Of a stretch of DNA of 64,000 nucleotides, positions 40,408-50,900 are shown one piece after another. The notes beneath the pieces are model-generated. The model was not told the DNA's origin. It did not search any database and saw only the letters and a program-made list of their open reading frames with translations. The DNA is taken from the NCBI GenBank assembly GCA_022750335.1, contig JAKIVX010000002.1:53442-117441 (forward strand), given 5' to 3'. Both the position numbers and the translations under genes were made by a program. The stretch comes from Thermoplasmata archaeon (lineage in GTDB: Archaea > Thermoplasmatota > Thermoplasmata > Lutacidiplasmatales > UBA184). Position 1 is the first letter of the stretch; each line of letters starts with the position of its first letter.

Positions 40408-41466
40408 CTACACCGGCGCCAAGGCGCGCACGAGTCGGGGGATCATGACGTCGTACCGGGGAACCGAATCGCCGTGGATCCCGTCAAACTCCTCGTGGTC
40501 GACCCGACCACCCTGAGCTCGGGCTTCCGCCGCGAAGATCCGGGCGCCCACGTCGAGGCCGAACTCGTCCCGCGTGCCCCCGTCGACATACACGTATCGA
40601 AGTTGGCGGAGCGCGGCAGCGTACCGAGACGTACGGACCATCCGCACCGGATCCCACGCGAGCCACCGGTTCCACACGTCCTCGCGAACCGCCCCCGTCG
40701 TGAGGTCGAACGGAAGGTCGAACTCGCCGGGACGGTCCGGGACGGGTGAGTAGCAGGACGCATACGCCATCAATTCGAACGCCATCACCTGCGGGTTCGA
40801 CGGGGCGAAATTGCTGGTCGGTTCCGAGAGCATGAGCCGCAGGAGGGCCTCGGGACCCCCGATGCGGCGGAGGGCCCGGAAGGCCAGGGGAAACGCCGGC
40901 AGGTAGGTGTATTCGAAGTAGGCGTCCCCGGCGTTCGAGCCGGCCGCCGAGAACAGCTCCGGGTGCCGGAGGGCGAGCACGAGCGCGCCGAATCCGCCGC
41001 TGGACGTCCCAAGCGTCGCGGTGGGTCCGGTCCCGTATTTCCGTTGGACCCAGGGCAGGACCTCCTCGACGATGTAATCCTCGTACGGTCCCGTGGCCGT
41101 GGAATTGAGATACTGGCTCCCGCCCAGGCTCGTCACGGCGTCCGGGGCGACCAGAACCGCCTCCGGGACGGCCCCCGTGCGGATCAAGTGGTCGAGGCGG
41201 CGAACGATCGTGCTCCGGAGGAACAGCGGCCGGTTGAAGTGGTACCAACCCGATCCCGTGTACCCGGACAGAAGGACGAGGAGCGGTCGGCCTTCGGTCT
41301 TTCCCGAGGGTGGTAGGTAGACCGGAAGGTCCCGAACGCTCGGGTCTCCCCAAGGATTTCCCACCAACCGGGTGCTCTCGAACCGATGGACCTCGACCGA
41401 ACCGGCGAGCGGAGCCGGAAAAACCTTCTCGCTGCGTGACCCTACGGGAACGGAGATCGACATCAT
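40408..41466 (-). CDS. Esterase (enterochelin-esterase-like alpha/beta hydrolase)
   Basis: 'VYLPP', 'GGSQYLNS', nucleophile 'GTSSGG', 'EEFDGIH'. Confidence 0.85.
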   Translation of the reverse strand: MMSISVPVGSRSEKVFPAPLAGSVEVHRFESTRLVGNPWGDPSVRDLPVYLPPSGKTEGRPLLVLLSGYTGSGWYHFNRPLFLRSTIVRRLDHLIRTGAVPEAVLVAPDAVTSLGGSQYLNSTATGPYEDYIVEEVLPWVQRKYGTGPTATLGTSSGGFGALVLALRHPELFSAAGSNAGDAYFEYTYLPAFPLAFRALRRIGGPEALLRLMLSEPTSNFAPSNPQVMAFELMAYASCYSPVPDRPGEFDLPFDLTTGAVREDVWNRWLAWDPVRMVRTSRYAAALRQLRYVYVDGGTRDEFGLDVGARIFAAEARAQGGRVDHEEFDGIHGDSVPRYDVMIPRLVRALAPV

Positions 41467-41584
41467 TGCCCCGAGGCTGCGGGGGGTCTTGACCCTGCGG
41501 TGGACAGCACCGAGAGGACCGAGGGCAACTCGCGGGAGGGCGCCAACCGAATGAGGCCCGGAGGAATGGGGGGCCGGGAGCCGC

Positions 41585-41950
41585 ATGGAGCTGCTGGGTC
41601 CGGAGTCCTTCGAAGGACAGCGCCTGCTCCGTCCCGGCACGTGGGTGGTGAATTTCTCCGCGGACTGGTGCCCGTTCTGCGAGCAGTTTCTTCCCACGTT
41701 CGCTTCCCTCGAAGGGACGGGGGAGTTTCAGGTCGCGATCGGGGACCTCACGGATCTCGAGAGCCCGTTGTGGGATCGGTTCGACCTGGCCGTAACGCCC
41801 ACGCTCATCGCCTTCCGAGAGGGGATGGTCGTCTTTCGCGCAGACGGACGGCGCGGGATCGGACTGGGCCAAGACGCGGTCCGAGCGGCCCGGGCTGCAC
41901 TGGCCCCGGGCTCGGGCCGGCCCTCGAGTTCGCCCGGCCCCCGTCCTTAA
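41585..41950 (+). CDS. Thioredoxin family protein
   Basis: 'FSADWCPFC', 'TPTLIAF'. Confidence 0.88.
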   Translation: MELLGPESFEGQRLLRPGTWVVNFSADWCPFCEQFLPTFASLEGTGEFQVAIGDLTDLESPLWDRFDLAVTPTLIAFREGMVVFRADGRRGIGLGQDAVRAARAALAPGSGRPSSSPGPRP

Positions 41951-41973
41951 GGGTCCTCCCAACTTCCCGTCGG

Positions 41974-42816
41974 ATGATGTCGAAAGGGCCTCCGGCTCCG
42001 GGGCGTGGGCACCCCGTCGCTCTCGTCACGGGCGGCGGTACTGGGATCGGGCGGGCCATCGCCGCCGCGTTCGCCGACGAGGGGTACGACCTCGCGATCG
42101 CTAGCCGATCGGCCGCCCACCTCGAAGAAGGCGCCCAGCTACTCTCCCGGGGTGGTGCCCGGGTCGTGACGATTCCCACTGACGTCCGGGAGTCCGACCA
42201 GGTGGAGCGGATGATCGAGCGGGTCCGATCCGAATTCGGCCGGCTCGACGTGTTGGTGAACAATGCCGCGGGCAACTTCGTCGCCCCCGCCGAGCGGATC
42301 ACGCCGAACGGGTGGCGCGCCGTGGTCGGCATCGTCCTGGATGGGACCTTCCTCTGTTCTCGGGCGAGCTTTCCTCTCCTGAAAGAGGCCCCGTCGCCCT
42401 CGATCGTCAATATCCTGGCCTCGTACGCCTGGATGGCGGGTCCGGGGACCGCGCACTCAGCCTCGGCGAAGGCGGGAGTACTGGCCCTCACCCGTACGCT
42501 CGCGGTGGAGTGGGCCCGGTATCGCATCCGCGTGAACGCCGTCGCACCGGGCCCCATCCGGACCGAAGGAACCGATCGGCAGTTGTGGGTGTCACCGACC
42601 GTCGTCGAGCGGATCCGGAAAGGAGTACCCATGGGCCGGTTTGGTACCGTAGAGGAAGTAGCCGAGGCGGTCCGATTCCTCGCTGGCCCCAAGGCGTCGT
42701 ACATCACCGGTCAGGTGCTCCCGGTCGACGGAGGGCAGTGGCTCGGCAAGGGCGTTCTCGAGCTGTTCGAGGAAGGAAGTGACGCCCCCCCTCATGCAGA
42801 GAACCGACCGGATTGA
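41974..42816 (+). CDS. SDR oxidoreductase (2,4-dienoyl-CoA reductase-like)
   Basis: 'TGGGTGIG', 'NNAAGNF', 'HSASAKAG'. Confidence 0.88.
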   Translation: MMSKGPPAPGRGHPVALVTGGGTGIGRAIAAAFADEGYDLAIASRSAAHLEEGAQLLSRGGARVVTIPTDVRESDQVERMIERVRSEFGRLDVLVNNAAGNFVAPAERITPNGWRAVVGIVLDGTFLCSRASFPLLKEAPSPSIVNILASYAWMAGPGTAHSASAKAGVLALTRTLAVEWARYRIRVNAVAPGPIRTEGTDRQLWVSPTVVERIRKGVPMGRFGTVEEVAEAVRFLAGPKASYITGQVLPVDGGQWLGKGVLELFEEGSDAPPHAENRPD

Positions 42817-43000
42817 TCCGGTCGAACTGGTTCGCGGGAATCATCGATCGAGATCGATCAGCGGTTCCGGCCGGCATGCTGCGGAGGAGACCCACTTGGC
42901 GAGGCGCCGGCTCGAGCCCGTCACGGCTAGAACGTTCGGCACAAACAACGGATCGACGTGTCAGCGCCCACCGGAACCGGCGCCGACCCACGGCGTGGTT

Positions 43001-43831
43001 TCAGTGGGAAGGCACGTTCCGTTCCAGCAGGAACGAGAGCAGGACGCCGCAGTATTCCGAGGGGTGGGTGACCTGGGGGGCGTGACCAGCCCCTGGTAGC
43101 TCGAGCTCGGTCGAGTTCGTGAGCGTCGCCACGAGCAACTGTAGTACATCTCGGAGGAACGGCGGGCTTTGGCCGCCCGACGTCAGCAGGACCGGGAGGA
43201 GGAGCTCGGAGAGTTGGGACGCCGGAGGGCGGAGAGAGTCGGGGTCCCCGTACTCGATGACCCAACGGTCCATGTGGGCCGCGAACTCGACCCGGACGGG
43301 TTCGGGCAAGCGCTCCCATGCGCCGGGCGTTGTCGAGAAGACCTCCACGACCACTTTCGCAGCCGCGGCCGAATCTCCCCTGGCCACGAGTTCCACGATC
43401 TGTCCGATCCCGTCCAGGAACCGTCGTCCTAGGTCGGCCGTCGCCGGCGCCTCCGCCAGGAGGCCGAACAACGGGGGCTCGTGGATCGAGAGGCTGCGAA
43501 CGAGTTCAGGCCGTTCGGCCGCCAGCCGGAACGCGACCGGTCCGCCGTAGGAGTGCGTGATCAGGTGCACGGGATAGAGGTCGAGCGACTCGAGCAACGC
43601 GGCGAGATCTTCAGTGTCGTTGGCGACCGGTCGCTCGCTCGGTCCGGGGGAACTTCGGCCGAACCCCTTCCGGTCGTACTGGAGGACCGTCAGGCTCTGG
43701 GAAAGGATCGGCGTGACGCGCGACCAGGTGGTGTGGTCGACCAACGACCCGTGGACGAGGACCGCGGGGTCGCCGGAGCTCCCTACGAGCTCGTAGTACA
43801 GGTCCCCCCCGCGGATACGCGCGATTGACAT
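43001..43831 (-). CDS. Alpha/beta hydrolase
   Basis: 'LVHGS', 'THSYGG', 'GAGHAP'. Confidence 0.88.
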   Translation of the reverse strand: MSIARIRGGDLYYELVGSSGDPAVLVHGSLVDHTTWSRVTPILSQSLTVLQYDRKGFGRSSPGPSERPVANDTEDLAALLESLDLYPVHLITHSYGGPVAFRLAAERPELVRSLSIHEPPLFGLLAEAPATADLGRRFLDGIGQIVELVARGDSAAAAKVVVEVFSTTPGAWERLPEPVRVEFAAHMDRWVIEYGDPDSLRPPASQLSELLLPVLLTSGGQSPPFLRDVLQLLVATLTNSTELELPGAGHAPQVTHPSEYCGVLLSFLLERNVPSH

Positions 43832-44003
43832 GCAGCCTTCGTGCCCGCGTCGCCGCAGGGCCCGGGGGGGCAGCCGGTCCGCCGCATTAGGGGCGCGGGG
43901 GGCAGGACGGTCCGAAGGGCTTAGGCGCGTCCGCGTGCTGAGCCGCGGGTAGCTCGATGGTCGCCTCTCGCCCGCCCACACCGCTGCCGGATTGGCCGCG
44001 CTC

Positions 44004-44321
44004 ATGAGCGCGATATTCCAGCGCCCGCTGTGCGACATGGGCAAGGCCTACGACTACAGTTTTCGTCCGCTGATCGGAGATCCGGACGCCGGCTCCGGGG
44101 GTGGGTGTGATGAACGGCCCCATCGCGTCGAGCTCTTCTCCGCGGGGACCGACCCGGTTGCCGACCCGTTGCAGTGGCGAGGGTTCGGGCTCTGCGCGGA
44201 GCACGAATCCCAGCTTCGAGGGTTCGATGCGAAGGTACAAGCACGAGGACTGCGTTCGCGGTTTCGACCCGGGAGCGCCGCCGCGCCGGCGTCGGTGCCC
44301 CACGGGAGGTCGCGCGCATGA
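44004..44321 (+). CDS. Hypothetical protein, possible Zn site (C...C...CxxH)
   Basis: 'PLCDMG...GCDERP...LCAEHE'; ATGA overlap with the aldo/keto reductase gene. Confidence 0.6.
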   Translation: MSAIFQRPLCDMGKAYDYSFRPLIGDPDAGSGGGCDERPHRVELFSAGTDPVADPLQWRGFGLCAEHESQLRGFDAKVQARGLRSRFRPGSAAAPASVPHGRSRA

Positions 44322-45169
44322 CGGAGCATCCCCCCGATCGGCTGGACGCCGGGTTTCGGTTGAACGACGAACATACGATCCCGTGCGTCGGTCTTGGGGT
44401 GTTCCAGTCCCAGCCAGGATCCGTCACCCAACAGGCCGTCCAGTGGGCGCTGGAAGCGGGCTACCGGATGATCGATACGGCCTCGATGTACCAGAACGAG
44501 GCTGATGTCGGCGCAGGGGTGCGCGCGAGCGGGCTTCCCCGCAAGGACGTCTTCGTGACCACCAAGCTCTGGCACTCGGACCACGGCTACGAGGCCTCGC
44601 AGAAGGCATTCTATGCGAGCCTTCGTCGTCTGGGGCTCGAATACATCGACCTCTACCTGATCCATTGGCCCCGCGCTCCGTCCCCGACCGTCCGCCTCGA
44701 GTCCTGGAAGGGGCTCGTGAAACTCCAGAACGACGGTCTCTGCCGCAGCATCGGGGTCAGCAACTACACCGTGCGCCACCTGCAGGAACTCCTCGACGCT
44801 TCGGAGACCGTGCCAGCGGTGAACCAGGTCGAGTTCCACCCGTTCGTCTACGACCCGCGGCTGCTCGCCTTCTGTACGGAAAACGGGATCCGGCTCGAGG
44901 CCTGGTCTCCGATCACCCGGGGGAAGATGTTCGACCATCCGGTCGTCGCCGAGACCGCAACGGCCCACGGTCGGACCCCGGCCCAGGTGATGCTCCGATG
45001 GGGCCTGCAACATGGCGTGGTCGAGATCCCCAAATCCATCCACCGGGACCGCATCGTCGAGAACAGCCGAGTGTTCGATTTCTCTCTAACCGACTCCGAA
45101 ATGGAAGCGTTCGACCACCTCCAGGGCGGCCCGCGCGTGGGGGCCTGGAACCCCGCCGACATCCCCTGA
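44318..45169 (+). CDS. Aldo/keto reductase
   Basis: 'GYRMIDTASMY', 'DLYLIHWP', 'IGVSN', 'IPKS'. Confidence 0.93.
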   Translation: MTEHPPDRLDAGFRLNDEHTIPCVGLGVFQSQPGSVTQQAVQWALEAGYRMIDTASMYQNEADVGAGVRASGLPRKDVFVTTKLWHSDHGYEASQKAFYASLRRLGLEYIDLYLIHWPRAPSPTVRLESWKGLVKLQNDGLCRSIGVSNYTVRHLQELLDASETVPAVNQVEFHPFVYDPRLLAFCTENGIRLEAWSPITRGKMFDHPVVAETATAHGRTPAQVMLRWGLQHGVVEIPKSIHRDRIVENSRVFDFSLTDSEMEAFDHLQGGPRVGAWNPADIP

Positions 45170-45284
45170 AGGACCCTCGTCGGGGTCGCACCGTGGGGCC
45201 CTTCCCCTCGCCAGAGGGGGTTCGAATTTGCCGCCCCCCACGTGCCTTAATATATTCAGCCTCGTAGAGATGTTTGGTTCAGCC

Positions 45285-45563
45285 ATGGTCAGTGTCGAGG
45301 TAGCCCACGAGAAGTGCACGGGATGCACCCACTGCCGAGATGTTTGCCCCGTGACCGTGTTCGAGATGCAGCCTCGCGAGAACTGGCCGGACGTCGTCGA
45401 CGACGCGAACGTCGCGGCGAAGTTCCAGTTCCGCGCCGAGAAATCCGCCGTGATCCACGGCCCGGACTGCATCATGTGCGAGGCGTGCCTGTTCGAGTGC
45501 GAAGGCGAGTGCATCACCATCGTCGATGACGAGGGCACCGTGCACAAGTCGACGTACAAGTAG
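45285..45563 (+). CDS. 2x[4Fe-4S] ferredoxin
   Basis: CTGCTHCRDVCP and CIMCEACLFEC; TTAATATA box at about 45247. Confidence 0.92.
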   Translation: MVSVEVAHEKCTGCTHCRDVCPVTVFEMQPRENWPDVVDDANVAAKFQFRAEKSAVIHGPDCIMCEACLFECEGECITIVDDEGTVHKSTYK

Positions 45564-45643
45564 GCCGGTCGTCCTTCGCCGGCCGTCGCCGAGTTCCTTT
45601 GATCCTTCCCGTTCGGGAAGGGTGGGTCCCGTTCCGGGGACCG

Positions 45644-46627
45644 TTACACCGTGGTTAGGATCGGTCGGTAGAACGCCGTCCGGACGAGCGCCGGTCCGCC
45701 GGCGGCGGGAAAGCGCACCCGGACCGCCTGGCATCGACCGAAGGCGGTGAATTCGAGTGAGTACCAGATGGCCTCCCAGTCGCCGCCGGGGCGCTCGAAC
45801 GCCTCGCCGAAATGGTAGGTGAGGTCCATCATGCGGCTGGCCTTGCGCGCGGGCGCGTACGACCAGTCGAGGGCCTCCGCCGCCGAGTGCGGCGGGGTCG
45901 GGTGCGGGCCCCCCTCGAGCGACCCCTCGACCGTGAACGGACCGGCGGTCAGCCCCCGGCCCAGCCGATAGCGGGCCCAGGTCGTTCGGACGTGCGTGCC
46001 GTCCCGCCGCTCGGAGAGTAGCAACCACCGGAACGGGTTGCCGGTCGGTACGGGGACGGCGTCGGGCGCGAGCGCCGGCAGGTGGCGGGTGATGAAGTAC
46101 CGCCCCGCGAGTCGGATGCCGATGTAGGCCCCGTAGAACACCATGAGGCCGTAGACCGTAGCGAGGTACACGTCGAACGCGACATGGTTGCGCTCGACGC
46201 CGAGGAGGAGGTAGAAGGCCCCCACCGAGACCGCGAGGGTGAGGAAGTTGATGGCCCGGTCGGCGTCCAGTTCGAGCTTCCTCTCGGAGAAGGGGAGGAA
46301 CGGAGGCACGGAGAAGTGGGTGAACCCGTCCCCGAGGATGTGGGCGATCCCGCCCGCTTCCATCACGAGGAAGTAGATGAGGGCCGAGCCCGGAGCGAGG
46401 AGCGGTGCGACGATCGCCCCGACGAGGGCGACCACGGTGACGCCGAAGAGGGAGTGGGTGATCCCGTGGTGGCGGAGGATCGGCCAGCGCTTGGCCAACG
46501 GGAAGAAGAGCGCATCCGCGTCCGGGATCCCTCCGGCGAGGGCGCCCGCTGCGAGGTAGGACGGGTTGGGCCCGACGAGCCCGAACGTGAGCAGGTAGGC
46601 CAGTAGAACGTGGGTGAACAGGTCCAC
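45644..46627 (-). CDS. YdjM-like membrane metal-dependent hydrolase
   Basis: 'MDLFTH', 'PDAD', 'HHGITHS', 'HILGD'. Confidence 0.85.
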   Translation of the reverse strand: MDLFTHVLLAYLLTFGLVGPNPSYLAAGALAGGIPDADALFFPLAKRWPILRHHGITHSLFGVTVVALVGAIVAPLLAPGSALIYFLVMEAGGIAHILGDGFTHFSVPPFLPFSERKLELDADRAINFLTLAVSVGAFYLLLGVERNHVAFDVYLATVYGLMVFYGAYIGIRLAGRYFITRHLPALAPDAVPVPTGNPFRWLLLSERRDGTHVRTTWARYRLGRGLTAGPFTVEGSLEGGPHPTPPHSAAEALDWSYAPARKASRMMDLTYHFGEAFERPGGDWEAIWYSLEFTAFGRCQAVRVRFPAAGGPALVRTAFYRPILTTV

Positions 46628-46642
46628 AGCCCGGCGAAGGGC

Positions 46643-46909
46643 CTAGAGCAGGCCCTCTTCCATCACCTCGACCGATTCCACGTGCGGCACCTTGGCGAGC
46701 GCATGTTCGACCGATTCGAGGACCCCGCCGGTGTCGGGCATCACGACCGAGACGAGCAGGGCCTTCAACCCGAAGGCGATGTCCTTGACCTGCATCCCCC
46801 GGAGGGTGACCCCGGAAGGGAGGGTCGCGTGGACGGCCTTGGCCACGCCTTCCATGTCGGTCTCGACGCCCTGGGGCATTAGTCGGAAGAGGACCGCCAC
46901 CTGTCCCAT
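46643..46909 (-). CDS. ef1b: Elongation factor 1-beta
   Basis: 'MGQVAVLFRLMP', 'IAFGLKAL', 'VESVEV'. Confidence 0.93.
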   Translation of the reverse strand: MGQVAVLFRLMPQGVETDMEGVAKAVHATLPSGVTLRGMQVKDIAFGLKALLVSVVMPDTGGVLESVEHALAKVPHVESVEVMEEGLL

Positions 46910-46917
46910 TGGCGCTC

Positions 46918-47091
46918 CTAGGGCCCATCGAAGCCGCACTTCGGGCAGGCGTATCCGACGGATTGGTCCCGGCACCGGGTACAGCGGCCGATCACGGCCT
47001 CCCCGCACTGGGGGCAGGGGAACTGGGTCGCGCCCGGGCTCGGTACGGCCCGGCCGCAGGAGGTGCATCGCAGGTCAGTGGTGGACTGCAT
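46918..47091 (-). CDS. Zinc-ribbon protein (DUF1610/HVO_2753 family)
   Basis: [28 protein letters not shown]; usual position upstream of EF-1beta. Confidence 0.9.
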   Translation of the reverse strand: MQSTTDLRCTSCGRAVPSPGATQFPCPQCGEAVIGRCTRCRDQSVGYACPKCGFDGP

Positions 47092-47108
47092 GGGAGGGTG
47101 CGACGGGC

Positions 47109-47930
47109 CTACTTCTTCGAAGTGCCGCGCCGACGCGCGCCCACCCGGGCGCCGAATATAAAGAGTGCCCCGATGAACGCGACCGCGCCCGCGACGTACC
47201 ACAGCGTGTAGCTCGGCGGGGGTGCTGGGATGTAGAAGGTGACCGAGTACACGGTGGTGTCGTTCGCGAAGCGGACGAGGCCGTGGACCGTCGTGAGATA
47301 GATGGAGAACGTGTGGCTACCGGAGGAGAGCCCGAGCGTCGGGTACTGGAAGACGAACGCGTAGTTGGAATGGGGCAGCATGGTCGGGACGCTGACGTTC
47401 CCCACCACGGCGCCGTCCAGGTTGACGAGCACCGGGAACGACGTCACGCTCTGGTTGCCGATGTTGTAGAGGGTCGTGGAGAGGATGAACGGCTGAACGA
47501 CCGTCACGCTGACGCTGAAGTTCGTGGTGACGTTGGTCGTGTTCTGCGTCGACGCGAGCAGGACCGAGATGGTCAGCACTTCGCTCACGTTCGCGACGTT
47601 GAGCTTCACCTCGCCGGGGATGTTCGTCAGTATCCGCCCCGACGAGGGAGCGATCGAAACACCGGTCGTGTTCGGGCCCTGGACCGTGAGGTAGTAGGAA
47701 AGATTGCCTGTGATGGTTCCGTTCGGCGCGACCGCGGGGCCGCCCGTGCCGTTGATCACGAACGAACCGACCCCGTGGTAGGCGAGCACTTTCGGTCCGG
47801 TGATGTTGCCGGTCACGACCCCACCGTTGCCCGACGGGTTCCCGTGCGCCCCGGGCAGCGCGGGCAGGCCCGCGACGGTGCCCACGAGGAGCAGGCCGAC
47901 CAGCAGCAGGGCCCGCAGCGCGATCCTCAT
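47109..47930 (-). CDS. Secreted Ig-like/CARDB protein with C-terminal TM anchor
   Basis: Signal peptide, many sequons, TM helix then RRR; ATGA overlap with aglB. Confidence 0.78.
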   Translation of the reverse strand: MRIALRALLLVGLLLVGTVAGLPALPGAHGNPSGNGGVVTGNITGPKVLAYHGVGSFVINGTGGPAVAPNGTITGNLSYYLTVQGPNTTGVSIAPSSGRILTNIPGEVKLNVANVSEVLTISVLLASTQNTTNVTTNFSVSVTVVQPFILSTTLYNIGNQSVTSFPVLVNLDGAVVGNVSVPTMLPHSNYAFVFQYPTLGLSSGSHTFSIYLTTVHGLVRFANDTTVYSVTFYIPAPPPSYTLWYVAGAVAFIGALFIFGARVGARRRGTSKK

Positions 47931-50900
47931 CGGCGCGTCCACCTCCGGGTCTTGACCCAGCGGCGGACCAGGAGCGCGATGGCGAGTCCGATCGCGGGGA
48001 CGAACACGAGCGCCGGGATGTAGGAGGAGAGCGTAGTCGCGGTGGCGTTACCGACGTCGGGGCCGGTGACGATCAACGTCGGGCCGGAGAGGGGATTGCC
48101 GGGAGCGAGCGACCCGAGCGGGACCTTCAAGGTCGTCGACGCGGAGACGGCGCCGCTCGCATTGATCACGATCGCCGACAGGGTGACACTGCCGACGGGG
48201 ACGAAGATCGACCCGAGGGCGCTCAGGTTGAGCTCCGCGGAAGAGTTCACGCCCGGCGTGAGCCCGACGGGCCCGTTGAGGCTCCCGTTGCCGACCCGGA
48301 TGCTGATCGCCCATCCGAGCGACTCGATCCGCGATTGATCGACTATTGTCAGTCGGACGTCCTCATAGGCGTTGCCGGTGTTGACGAGGAAGAACGGCAC
48401 CAGCGCTTTGGTCGTGCTGAGGGTCGGGCCCGCGCTCGGTGTAGGCCCGATCGCGACGCCGTAGTAGGCGTGGATGTCGAGCGTGGGCCCCGGCGTGACC
48501 GTCCCCGCGATGGTGTCGTTCGCGAGCTCGAGCTCGAGGAGTACCGGCGGATGCAGCACGACCGTCCCCGCCGGCACGAGGATCGACACCTCAGCCGGGA
48601 ACGTCGCGCCGGTCGGGCCGGGCCGGAGGGTCACGTTGGTGAAGCTGAAATTGAAGGTCCAGTACGACGGGGAGCCGACGGGATGGACCGTGATCGGGGC
48701 ATTCCCCGAATCCCGGATCGTGAATTGATAGGTGACGCGCGCGCCGGCATTGATCGTCTGGGTCGGGGAGCCGACGAGCGTCCCGGTCGCCCGATAGTTG
48801 AAGGAGTACGCGAGCGAGACGTTGAGGGCGACGTTGCCGGATGCCACGGTGAGGACGGAGGTTCCCGAGGCGTTCGTGGGCACTCCGTAGGGAGAGCCGA
48901 CCGCCGACGCCGTGACGGTGTAGACGCCGACCGGGAGGGCGAGGGAGAACGGGACCCCGACGGGGAGTCCGGTGTACACGGATTGAGTGCCGAACACGGT
49001 CTGGACGACGACCGTCGCCGGACCCAGCGAGGCCGCCGAGCCGTTCGGGCCGGAGACGGTGACGGTCGTGCTCCAGGTGGGGCGCAGGTTGACCGAGACG
49101 GGCGCAGCACCGGGCAGGGCGAACACGCTGGTCAGGTTCGCGAGGGGTTCCGAACCACCGCCGGCCGTCGCGTACAGGGAGTACGCTCCCGGGGCCAGCG
49201 CGACCGAGAACGTTCCGTTCGAGGTGTTGAGGAGCGTGACGGTGGTGGCCGGATACGGGCCTACCAAGCGCAGGGACCCGGGTTGGAGGCCGGGGACCCC
49301 AACCGCCGACAGCGTTCCGTTGAGCCACACTGAGTTGACGGTCGGGACGACCTCGAGCGGGCAACTCGAGGCGTTCTCGGTGGTTTCACACACGACCGTC
49401 GAGGGGATCGAATAGCTGACGAAGTAGCTCCCGTTCGATCCGGCGGTGAGGAGCGTCCCGTTCGCGGACGCAAAGAAGAGGGTGTCGGCCGGCAGAGTCG
49501 TGGAGAACGAACCGTTCACGACGGCGGTCCGGAGGGTTGACCCGTTGGACGTTCGGAGCGTCAGGGTCGTGTTGAGCTTGACCAACGAGCCCTCTTGGGT
49601 GAGGAGTGTGCCGGTCGTCGAGACCCCGAGCGTGCGGAGGGAGATCGAGGGCGTGATCGCGCCGGAACCGCTCACGCTCACCCGGACGAGGCTCGCGTAG
49701 GTGACTCCCGCGACCACCTCGGATGCGTGCGCGGTGTACGTCCCGGGAGCCGTGTAGAATCCCTTCGTGTAGTTCTTGCCGTTGACGGTGATGTTGAACC
49801 CCGGCGAGGAGAGGGCCACCGTCGCGTTGGCGAGCGTTCCTCCACTCGGGAGCAGGAGGGTGCCGGTCGAGTTGATCCCCGGCACGAGATGCAGGGTCAG
49901 GTTCGACGAGTAGGCACCCAACGGGATGGTCGTGTTCAGGAGGGACGAGGGGAGGTAGACGACCGTCCCGCTACCAATCACCGCACGGGCCGAGACGGTG
50001 TAGGGTCCGGGGGTCGTCGTGAAGGAGAAGACCGGGCCCCCGATCAGTTGGTGGGAGATTGCGGGAGCGCCGAGAGAGGTGAGGTTCACGGTGACCGAGG
50101 TCCCGGAAGGGAGCCCGACGACCGACAGCTGGACGTTGACGGGTCGAAGGGAGAGGACGAGGCGATTCATTGAGGCGAGTCCTGGACCGGTCAGCCCGCA
50201 CTCCGAAGCGGGAAGGAATCCGGCCGACTGGACTCGGACACAGTAGCCGCCGGCCGATAGGGGGATCGTGCTCGGCACGTAGTACGCGACCGTGCCGTTG
50301 AAAGAGGCGAGGGACGGCAGGGTGGGACCGTTCGGCCCCGCCGAGAGGGAGACCGCGGCCGCGATGGCGGGGAAGAGTGTGCCGTCCGACTGCGGGGTTC
50401 CGACGGTGAACCGCGTCGCGACGGCCCCGACCGGCGCGAGCGGCAGGACGGTGGGGAAGAACAGCGACACCTGGGTGAGCGCGGCGGAGATCGACGCGAG
50501 CCCCGTGGAGGGGCCCTCGAGCGCGAGGACCGTGTAGTTCCCGAGGGGGAGGAGGACGGAGTAGGCTCCGCCCGCCGCAGCCCACGTCGTCACCTCGCCG
50601 TACCCGAGCCCGTATACGAGAACGGCTGTCTTCGACGAATTGAAGCCCCCCGTCGTGGCCACCGTGCCCGAAAGGCGAGCGGTGGTCCCCAGGGCGAGCG
50701 GCGTCAGCGAGGTCGGCAGTCCGGGGAACGCTGACACGCTCGTGAGGGCCGACTCGAGGGAGTTGCCCACGTAGCCGAGCGCGTAGACCGAGTAGTTTCC
50801 GATCGGGAGGGTCGCGGTCACGACGCCCGAACCGCTCGACGTAACGACCGTTCCGTTGCTCGTCGAACTCTCCAGGGCCGCGAGCGGCGACTCGGAAGCA

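Noticed and set aside
42817..43000. Near-palindromic ATCGATCGAGATCGAT stretch in a convergent intergenic gap
   Set aside because: Single imperfect occurrence, no recognisable RNA family or convincing ORF.
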